NCBI GenBank assembly: GCA_963751345.1
Contig: CAVVUS010000001.1
Span: 15,235-79,234, forward strand
DNA length: 64,000 nucleotides
Reading direction: 5' to 3'
Source of the DNA: an uncultured Chloroflexia bacterium
GTDB taxonomy: Bacteria; Chloroflexota; Anaerolineae; B4-G1; SLSP01
Shown: piece after piece, positions 9,493 through 17,048 of the stretch
How positions within the stretch are numbered: position 1 is the stretch's first letter
Layout: every line of letters begins with the position of its first letter
Notes under the pieces: generated by a model
Seen by the model: the letters and a program-made list of their open reading frames with translations, nothing else
The model's database searches: none
What the model was told of the DNA's origin: nothing
Made by a program: the position numbers and the translations under genes

Positions 9493-10650
9493 ATGGAAGC
9501 GATAGACTTACGCGAAGACCTAGACGGCTTCGATGATACAACTGAAGCATACGATGAGGAAATCGAGGAGGAGGAGGAAGAGCAAGAGAATGACCTCCTT
9601 TCTTTGGATGAGATCTTTGGAGTAGACTCCGATGAGGAGGGACTCGAAGGAGATGCACTGGACGACTTTCACCTCTTTTTCCAGGATGAGGAAGCCGAAG
9701 AGGAAGATCTCGATGAAGACGAACCCATCGTGGACATCAGTAACATCGCAGCCAATGACTCACTGAGTCTCTATCTCCAGGAAATGGGGCGGGTGCCGTT
9801 ATTGTCCCGTGATGAGGAGATTGAGTTAGCCATATATATGGAGCAAGGTCGAGAGGCCCAGCAGAAGCTGGCCACTGACCGACACGATCCTGCAAATATC
9901 GATGAGTTGGAGGATGAGATTCGGCTCGGGCAGGAAGCCCGACGGCACTTGATCGAGGCCAACACGCGCCTGGTTGTCAGCGTCGCCAAGAGGTATCGTG
10001 GCTACGGTCTGCAGTTCCTGGATCTGATCCAGGCCGGCAACGTGGGGCTCATTAAAGCCGTGGACAAGTTCGACTATCATCGCGGCAACCGTTTCAGCAC
10101 CTATGCGACGTGGTGGATCCGCCAGGCTGTGACGCGGTCGCTGACCCAGCACGGACGCGGTATCCGTATCCCCATCCACATGAGCGATTACCTGCGAAAG
10201 CTCGACAAGATCTCGCAGAACATGGAGCAGAAGCTGGGTAGGCGTCCGACGACCGAGGAACTGGCCGAGGAAGTCAACGAGGACCCTATCAAGCTCCGCA
10301 AGATGCTGCGCCAGTCACAGACGCCGGTCTCGCTGAACAAGGAAGTGGGCGATGAGGACACGTCAGAACTGGAGCAGTTTATCGAGGACGAGTCGACCCC
10401 CACACCGGATGAATCGGCCGAGGAACGGATGTTGCACGAGCAACTGGAGCAGTTGCTGACGACGCTAGAGCCGCGCGAGGCGTGGATCCTGCGGATGCGG
10501 TTCGGCCTGCACGGAAGTAGGACACACACCCTGAAGGAACTCGGGCAGAAGCTGGGAATTTCGAAGGAACGTGTTCGCCAGATTCAGGGACAGGCATTGA
10601 GGAAACTTCGACACCCCTACCATCGACGGCAGCTTCAGGACTTCCGCTAG
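9493..10650 (+). CDS. RpoD-like sigma-70 factor (group 1/2 paralogue)
   Basis: Acidic N-terminus, DSLSLYLQEMGRVPLL, ANTRLVVSVAKRY, DLIQAGNVGL, FSTYATWWIRQAV, KERVRQIQ..ALRKLR. Confidence 0.93.
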   Translation: MEAIDLREDLDGFDDTTEAYDEEIEEEEEEQENDLLSLDEIFGVDSDEEGLEGDALDDFHLFFQDEEAEEEDLDEDEPIVDISNIAANDSLSLYLQEMGRVPLLSRDEEIELAIYMEQGREAQQKLATDRHDPANIDELEDEIRLGQEARRHLIEANTRLVVSVAKRYRGYGLQFLDLIQAGNVGLIKAVDKFDYHRGNRFSTYATWWIRQAVTRSLTQHGRGIRIPIHMSDYLRKLDKISQNMEQKLGRRPTTEELAEEVNEDPIKLRKMLRQSQTPVSLNKEVGDEDTSELEQFIEDESTPTPDESAEERMLHEQLEQLLTTLEPREAWILRMRFGLHGSRTHTLKELGQKLGISKERVRQIQGQALRKLRHPYHRRQLQDFR

Positions 10651-10706
10651 ACTTACCCATGCCGGGCAGGTTCGCGGGCGAAGAGCAGTGTGTGATCACA
10701 GAGCGA

Positions 10707-10729
10707 GGGCACTCAACGTCTGAGTGCCC
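10707..10729. terminator. hairpin between convergent sigma and encapsulin genes
   Basis: gggcactca-acgtc-tgagtgccc, 9-bp stem. Confidence 0.5.
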
Positions 10730-10765
10730 CCGTTCATCACGTAATGTGGCTGTGGGCAGCCGGAG

Positions 10766-11519
10766 CTACCCCTCCAACTTGCAGATCGCGCCCGCGCGCT
10801 TGACCCGCAGTGCGACCGTCTCCAGGACGCGGAAGCAGTGGTCAAGTCCGTCGTTGCCTGTCATAGGCTGTCACGAGATCCTGCCCCACCACGAGGTCGA
10901 AATTATAGGGTGCCAGTGAGAGGACCATGCCCTGTCCATCGCCCAACAGTTGAGAGCGATAGATGCCGCCCTCGGCAACATCCTTGATAAGGTCTCCGAC
11001 CAGCCGCCCCATCCCCTGTGAGACACGCTGGGTACTCACGTAGAGATCGGGGCTCAGGATGACCGCATAGGGACCATAGAAATCATCAGAGAAGAGTGCC
11101 TCGGTCGCCGCCACGACGCTCGCCAGGGGCCCTTCCGCCTCCCCCCAGTTTCCAAGGGACACGCTCTTGTCGGCTATATCCCACAGACCGCCAAGAACCA
11201 TCTTGTCCTCAGCCTTGGCGCAGGCCATCGCTGCCTGTGCAGCGGGGCCGAGCTCCAGCGGCAGACCCAACCTGCGGCTCGCCTCGATGTCGCGCCACTT
11301 GAGTACGAATTCCTCACTGATTACTTCGATCGAGATCTGATCTCGATTCTCTCCGGACCCGACAGGAATGACCTCCATCCCCGCCCCGAATGGGCCGACA
11401 AGGTCGAGCAGCCGCCGCCCGACCAAGAACTGGCGTGCGGCACTCACAACGACCTGGTCGATCGCCTCCCACTCCGAATCCGACAATGGAACAGCACTCC
11501 GCATGAGATAGTCAGCCAT
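10766..11519 (-). CDS. family 1 encapsulin shell protein (Linocin M18 type), one-base frameshift near 10860
   Basis: MADYLMR..PLSDSEWEAID, GRRLLDLVGPFGAG, F.LKWRDIE, AAMACAKAED, GPYAVILSP.LY, DLVVGQDLVTAY. After the frameshift it continues GNDGLDHCFRVLETVALRVKRAGAICKLEG* (stop 10766-10768); about 250 aa when repaired. Confidence 0.93.
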
Positions 11520-11535
11520 TGGTATCCTCCTGATT

Positions 11536-12456
11536 CTACTTCAAACTACCTACGGTTAGTTCATCCTTGGATGACGCGGCCTCGGGTTCCGCCTCTTCAG
11601 CCGTCTCCATCAATTCCTTCAGCACCGTGGTCAGCAGCCCGTCCCGCGTGACGATGTTGTCGATCTCTACCTTGAGAGATTCGTGCTTCGCGATCTCCGG
11701 GTCCTGGCTGAAGGCAATCAAGCGCTCCTGTGCCTCCTCGGTCAAGGCGAGGTCCGAGGTCAGCGCTGACATGGGCGAACTGCTGAGATCCACACCCGGG
11801 TAGTCAAAGGGGAGCTCCTCGCCCGCATCGGCGACCTCCTCGGCGAAATGCGACATATTCTTCATATGCCGCATAGCCGTCAGCTCGAGCTCACTGCCTA
11901 CAGGACAGACCGGCTCACCCAGCACAAACGCCTGGCGCAGGTGCTGAAGCACGAGTTTGTAGTGAGCATCTACCTCCGTGTGGAACCGGACGATCATGTC
12001 GGGTGAGAAACTGGGCTCATCGAAGAGCAACGGCTCCTCGCCTTGGGGCCCCAGCTTCTCCAACCACATCTCGAACCTGCGCTGATGGGTGACGGACTCC
12101 CAACCGAGCTGGTTGAGCACACGCTTGAGCTCACGCTCCTCAACCTGATCCGCCTGCTCGGCGTACATCTTCACCAGACCCGCCTCCCACTCGATGTAGG
12201 ATCGCAGAAGAGAGGCATTTGAGGCCCCGTCATAGGGATAGATGCCCTTCTCCATAAGCGGCTCTTCGCCCTGTTCCCCGATCTCGTCCCCAAGCCAATC
12301 CATGTGCCACATCTCTTCGCGGGCCGTAGAGAGCAGCATCTCACCGAACGGCGTGGTCTCGCCCACCTGATAGGCGTGAATCAGGTAGCGAAGAATCGAG
12401 GCGTGCTCATCCGCCAGATCCTTGTTAAGCATCTCGATAAACGCTTGTCGATCCAT
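11536..12456 (-). CDS. tandem ferritin-like (bacterioferritin-like) encapsulin cargo protein
   Basis: Domain 1 has E17, Y24, E48-M49-x-H51, E91, Y98, H124. Domain 2 is a degenerate repeat. An acidic linker leads to C-terminal DELTVGSLK; 16 bp upstream of the shell gene. Confidence 0.88.
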   Translation of the reverse strand: MDRQAFIEMLNKDLADEHASILRYLIHAYQVGETTPFGEMLLSTAREEMWHMDWLGDEIGEQGEEPLMEKGIYPYDGASNASLLRSYIEWEAGLVKMYAEQADQVEERELKRVLNQLGWESVTHQRRFEMWLEKLGPQGEEPLLFDEPSFSPDMIVRFHTEVDAHYKLVLQHLRQAFVLGEPVCPVGSELELTAMRHMKNMSHFAEEVADAGEELPFDYPGVDLSSSPMSALTSDLALTEEAQERLIAFSQDPEIAKHESLKVEIDNIVTRDGLLTTVLKELMETAEEAEPEAASSKDELTVGSLK

Positions 12457-12684
12457 ACAATACCCTCCTCAGATTACGTTAGAGCGACCAAGTATGTGTT
12501 TCCGCCACGGAATCCGCAGCTATTATATACCCAGCAACCGCCCCGCAAAGCAAGCGCGTCGGGCTGTACATATGGCGGGCCGGATGTACCATTGGGTCCT
12601 GAGAACTATGCACACCCGCGTCTTTCCCTTCGACGCCGGCCGTGCTGCTCACGACCAACTGCCCGCAGAAAGGATTCGCCAACA

Positions 12685-14121
12685 ATGATGGAGCAACTCT
12701 ACCGAGAGCGCCTGACCCGCTATCTGACCGCGATGCGCAACGAAAAACCGGATATGGTCCCCATCCGGCCGTTCGTCGCCGAGTTCACCGCCAAGTACGC
12801 CGGCTTTACGTGTCAGGATGTCACCCACGACTACAACAAAGCGTTTATCGCCGCACGCAAGTGCGCCGCCGACTTCGACTGGGATGCGGTCGTCTCGAAT
12901 ATGGTCTACGTGTGGACCGGGCTGACGCAGGCCATCGGTCTGACCTACTATGGCGTCCCCGGCCTTGACGTCCCGCCCGACACCGGATTCCAGTACAGGG
13001 AGCCGAGTGAAGAGAATGCCTTCATGAAGGCGGACGAGTATGATGAGTTGATCGACGACCCTACCGCCTTCCTCTACAACACGTGGCTCCCGCGGGTCTC
13101 GCAGGACATCCGCCCGATGGGCGCCCCGACATCGTATCGCAACAACCTGGCCCTCGTGAAAGGTGCTACGGCGATGGCGAATTACTTCGCCGCGTACGGC
13201 CCGCACGTCGACCTGCTGCGGACCGAGAGCGGCACCGTCTCCGCCATCGCGGGCATCTTCAAGGCGCCCTTTGACATCCTGGCCGACAAGCTCCGCGGCT
13301 ACATCGGGCTGACGATGGACATGGTCGAGCAGCCGGACAAGGTCCTCAAGGCCTGCGAGGCGTTGATGCCCCACCTCTACAACACGGCCTTGACGTCGTC
13401 CGATCCCAACCACCAGGTGCCCATCGGGTACTGGATGCACCGCGGCGGCATCCCGTTCGTCTCGAGAGGACAGTTCGAGTCACACTATTGGCCTACGGTG
13501 AGGCCCATCATCGAGGAGCTGTGGCGAAACGGGCACCAAACGCTCTTCTACGCTGAGGGAGACTGGGGTCACCACCTCAACAGCTTCACCGAACTTCCCG
13601 ACCACAGCATTGTCTATCACGTGGACCGGGGCGATATCTTCAAGACGCAGGAAGTACTGGGGCACAAGTTCTGCCTGAGCGGCGGCATTCCCAACTTTGA
13701 GCTCGCCTACGGCACGCCCAAGCAGGTGCGCGACATTGTCAAGAAGGTCATCGACGGCGTAGCACAGGATGGCGGCTACATCATGGATGCCAGCGCGATC
13801 ATGCAGAACGACACGTCCATCGAGAACCTCAAGGCGATGACGGATGCCACGCGGGAGTACGGCGTCTACTCCGGGGTCGCCTCCCGGCTTGCCGATCTCG
13901 ACGAGCAGGTCGCGCCACCACAGGACGCCGTCTTCGGCGAGAGCTATGGCATGCCCGATACCTCGGACCTCAAGGTCCCCGCCGGACAGTGCATCCCGTG
14001 GGCTGAGAAGCGCAAGGAGATCCCCGAGATCTCCGGGGACGTGGACCTCGCCCAGCGCATCTGGGAGGAGGTCGATGCCCCGGCCAACAGCTTTATCTGG
14101 CAGGTCCTGCTCTCGTTCTGA
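12685..14121 (+). CDS. uroporphyrinogen decarboxylase-fold protein (MtaA/CmuA-like family)
   Basis: PDMVP, MKADEYDELIDDP, PFDILADKLRG, FYAEG.W, CLSGG, DGGYIM, ENLKAM; probable start ATG 12685. Confidence 0.8.
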   Translation: MMEQLYRERLTRYLTAMRNEKPDMVPIRPFVAEFTAKYAGFTCQDVTHDYNKAFIAARKCAADFDWDAVVSNMVYVWTGLTQAIGLTYYGVPGLDVPPDTGFQYREPSEENAFMKADEYDELIDDPTAFLYNTWLPRVSQDIRPMGAPTSYRNNLALVKGATAMANYFAAYGPHVDLLRTESGTVSAIAGIFKAPFDILADKLRGYIGLTMDMVEQPDKVLKACEALMPHLYNTALTSSDPNHQVPIGYWMHRGGIPFVSRGQFESHYWPTVRPIIEELWRNGHQTLFYAEGDWGHHLNSFTELPDHSIVYHVDRGDIFKTQEVLGHKFCLSGGIPNFELAYGTPKQVRDIVKKVIDGVAQDGGYIMDASAIMQNDTSIENLKAMTDATREYGVYSGVASRLADLDEQVAPPQDAVFGESYGMPDTSDLKVPAGQCIPWAEKRKEIPEISGDVDLAQRIWEEVDAPANSFIWQVLLSF

Positions 14122-14149
14122 TGACGGTAGGGGTGCACCTGTCGTTCCC

Positions 14150-14219
14150 GTAGGTTCGTAGTAACGGCTTCAGCCGTTCCGGAGAGCGGAAACCGATAAA
14201 TCGGCCACTACGAACCTAC
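14150..14219. repeat. GTAG-type REP doublet (REPIN/BIME-like)
   Basis: Outer IR gtaggttcgtagt ... actacgaacctac enclosing hairpins aacggcttcagccgtt and ccgataaatcgg. Confidence 0.7.
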
Positions 14220-14245
14220 ACTGCCAGTCATAAGGAGTGTGAGTC

Positions 14246-15649
14246 ATGCCAGGTCAAGATCGACCGAATATCCTGTTCCTGTTTACCGACGACCAGCGCT
14301 TCGACACCATCGGCGCGTTGGGCTACGATGAGGTCATCACGCCGACGATGGACGCGCTGGTGCACAGGGGCACCGCCTTCACCAACGCTTACATTATGGG
14401 CGGGTCGTGTGGCGCCGTCTGCATGCCGAGCCGGGCGATGCTGATGACAGGTCGCACGCTCTACCACCTTGAGGCGCAGGGACAGGGCATCCCCGAGGAC
14501 CACGTGTTGCTCGGCGAGGCGCTCCAGGCCGAGGGTTACCGGACCTTTGGCACGGGTAAGTGGCACAACGGCCCACGCGCCTACGCCCGTAGCTTCACCG
14601 ACGGCGCGGAGATCTTCTTCGGCGGGATGGACGATCACTGGAACGTCCCGGCGTGCGACTTCGACCCGACCGGCGGCTACGACAACGCGCGGCCCTTCGT
14701 TCGCACGCCATTCAGCAACAATGACGCCACACTGCGCCACGTCGATCACATTACGCCGGGCAAACACTCCAGTGAGCTATTTAGCGACGCCGCCATCAAG
14801 TTCCTCGAAGGCTACAACGACGACGCGCCCTTCTTCGCCTACGTCTCGTTCATGGCGCCGCACGATCCGCGGACAATGCCCAAGCAGTATCTCGACATGT
14901 ACGACCCTGCGGCGGTCACGCTGCCGCCGAGCTTTATGCCGCAGCACCCCTTCGACAACGGCGAGCTTTGGGTGCGCGACGAATTGCTGGCGGAGTTCCC
15001 GCGCACGCCCGAGGAGATCCGGCGGCACAACGCCGAGTACTACGCGATGATCTCGCACTTGGACGCGCAGATCGGGCGCATCCTGGCGACACTCGACGCT
15101 CGTGGGTGGACGGAGAACACGATCGTGGTCCTCGCAGGCGATAACGGGCTCGCGATCGGGCGCCACGGGCTGATGGGCAAGCAGAGTATGTACGACCACA
15201 GCCTCCACGTCCCGCTGATCGTGGCGGGCCCCGGGGTTCCGGAAGGGGAGACCCGCGACGCGCTGACCTATCTGCTCGACATCTACCCCACGCTCTGCGA
15301 CCTCATCGGGGTCGCGCCTCCCGCGACCGTCGAGGGGCATAGCTTTGCCCCCACCCTCGCCGATGCAGCAACCCACGCGCGCCCGGTGCTGCACTACGCC
15401 TACCGCGGGGTCCAGCGTGCGGTGCGGGATGAGCGATACAAACTGATCGAGTACGTGGTCAATGGCGAGCGCACAACCCAGTTATTCGACCTACAGGAGG
15501 ACCCGTGGGAGTTGCGCGATCTGTCGAGGCGGCCCTACTATTACGCCAGACTCGCGGCGCTTCGCGACGAACTGCGGCGCTGGCAGACCGAGATGGACGA
15601 CGATCAGCCGGGCCAGGGCGCCGACTTCTGGTCCGGGTTCGAAGACTGA
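14246..15649 (+). CDS. formylglycine-dependent sulfatase (S1 family)
   Basis: RPNILFLFTDD, CMPSR (CxPxR), LMTGR, GKWH, PHDP, GDNG, GKQSMY. Confidence 0.93.
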   Translation: MPGQDRPNILFLFTDDQRFDTIGALGYDEVITPTMDALVHRGTAFTNAYIMGGSCGAVCMPSRAMLMTGRTLYHLEAQGQGIPEDHVLLGEALQAEGYRTFGTGKWHNGPRAYARSFTDGAEIFFGGMDDHWNVPACDFDPTGGYDNARPFVRTPFSNNDATLRHVDHITPGKHSSELFSDAAIKFLEGYNDDAPFFAYVSFMAPHDPRTMPKQYLDMYDPAAVTLPPSFMPQHPFDNGELWVRDELLAEFPRTPEEIRRHNAEYYAMISHLDAQIGRILATLDARGWTENTIVVLAGDNGLAIGRHGLMGKQSMYDHSLHVPLIVAGPGVPEGETRDALTYLLDIYPTLCDLIGVAPPATVEGHSFAPTLADAATHARPVLHYAYRGVQRAVRDERYKLIEYVVNGERTTQLFDLQEDPWELRDLSRRPYYYARLAALRDELRRWQTEMDDDQPGQGADFWSGFED

Positions 15650-15668
15650 CCCAAGGGCGAAGCTGGGG

Positions 15669-16463
15669 ATGCGTCTGACCGCCGAACAGAAGGCACTGTT
15701 CGAATCGTACCTGGAAGAAGGGACCCAAGCTGCCTTCGAGGGCTGGGACTTCTCCTACATGCGCCGCTACGGCGGCGACCTGGGGGAGCCCAACGAGTGG
15801 AGCTACGAGGCCGTGGTCCGCCGCCACATCGGCGACGCCGCCGCGGTACTGGACATGGGCACCGGCGGCGGCGAGTTCTTCGCATCGCTCCAACCGCTTC
15901 CCGCCGTGGCCTATGCCACCGAAGCCTATCCGCCCAACATCGGGGTCGCGCGGGGACGGCTGGCACCGCTGGGAGTCGAGGTGATCGACGTCGACCGCAC
16001 CGAGCAGGAGGACTATCCGCTGCCCTTCGCCGCCGCCACCTTCGATCTGGTCCTCAACCGCCACGAGGCGTTTGAATCCGCCGAGGTGTACCGCGTGCTC
16101 AGCGACGGCGGGACCTTCATCACCCAACAGGTCGGCAGCCGCGATCACGAGGACCTCAGGCTGATCCTGGGCACGCTGGAGGACGACACAGTCTGGACGC
16201 TGGACGCCTGCCTCGGCCCGCTTCGCGAGGCAGGTTTCACCATCGTCGAGGCCCGCGAACACGTCGGCTATAGCCGCTTCTACGACATTCGTGCGCTCGT
16301 CTACCTCGTGAAGGCGCTGCCATGGGTCTATCCGGACTTCGATACTCACAAGTACCGCCGCCAACTGCTCAACCTCCACATCAAGATCCTGACTGATGGC
16401 TACTTCGATGCCGTCCAGCACCGTTTCTTCGTGATCGCACGCAAGGAGGTACAATCGCAATGA
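15669..16463 (+). CDS. class I SAM-dependent methyltransferase
   Basis: GWDFS, VLDMGTGGGE, LPF..ATFDLVLNRH, GGTFITQQVG. Confidence 0.88.
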   Translation: MRLTAEQKALFESYLEEGTQAAFEGWDFSYMRRYGGDLGEPNEWSYEAVVRRHIGDAAAVLDMGTGGGEFFASLQPLPAVAYATEAYPPNIGVARGRLAPLGVEVIDVDRTEQEDYPLPFAAATFDLVLNRHEAFESAEVYRVLSDGGTFITQQVGSRDHEDLRLILGTLEDDTVWTLDACLGPLREAGFTIVEAREHVGYSRFYDIRALVYLVKALPWVYPDFDTHKYRRQLLNLHIKILTDGYFDAVQHRFFVIARKEVQSQ

Positions 16464-17044
16464 GACCCACGATGCGCTTGTACCGTGACGACGAGGACTA
16501 CTGGCGAGTCCGCGCCTTTCTCCGCGAGATCTACCCTCTCAATAACCGGGAGCAGACGAGCTGGACGGTGGCCCGCTGGGACTACTGGCGTTGGCCCGGC
16601 GTCGAGAGCTGGGGCGATGGCCCACTGGAGGAGAAGGTCGCCCCCAGAAGCTTGTTCTTGTGGAAGGCCTTTGATCCGGACGAGCCGGAGGAGGCCTACG
16701 AGGCGCTGGGATGGAAGTGGTACCTGGACATCCAGCGGTGCCCGCTCTACCGGTGCGACCTCGACTTGGTGACCGTTGCGCCGAACGGCGACCTCGCCTC
16801 GTTCTGCACCGTCTGGTTCGACGACGTGGGCCGCAGCGCCTACTTCGAGCCGGTGGTCACTTACGCTCCGTACCAGCGGCGCGGCCTGGCGCGCGCTGTG
16901 ATGCACGAGGGACTGCGGCGGATGCAGCGCCTTGGCGCCACTGTCGCTTTTGTGGGCGGCTACTCGCCTCAGGCCAGCGCGCTCTACGACCGTGTCATCG
17001 GGCCGGCGTACGCGGTGTCGGAGCGGTGGGCGAAGGAGATGTGA
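16460..17044 (+). CDS. GNAT N-acetyltransferase (possibly internally deleted)
   Basis: FEPVVT...YQRRGLARA, A.ALY. Confidence 0.8.
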   Translation: MRPTMRLYRDDEDYWRVRAFLREIYPLNNREQTSWTVARWDYWRWPGVESWGDGPLEEKVAPRSLFLWKAFDPDEPEEAYEALGWKWYLDIQRCPLYRCDLDLVTVAPNGDLASFCTVWFDDVGRSAYFEPVVTYAPYQRRGLARAVMHEGLRRMQRLGATVAFVGGYSPQASALYDRVIGPAYAVSERWAKEM

Positions 17045-17048
17045 CGGC

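Noticed and set aside
10842-10870. Programmed frameshift or truncated encapsulin ending YDRQRRT
   Set aside because: No slippery motif; the conserved C-terminus continues in another frame, and similar indels occur throughout the window.
10766-11519. Phage major capsid / prophage or bacteriocin
   Set aside because: No portal, terminase or other phage genes nearby; the adjacent cargo with a targeting peptide identifies an encapsulin.
12304-12684. N-terminal extension of the 605-aa ORF
   Set aside because: It overlaps the cargo gene and the divergent promoter region; the family-like sequence begins at ATG 12685.
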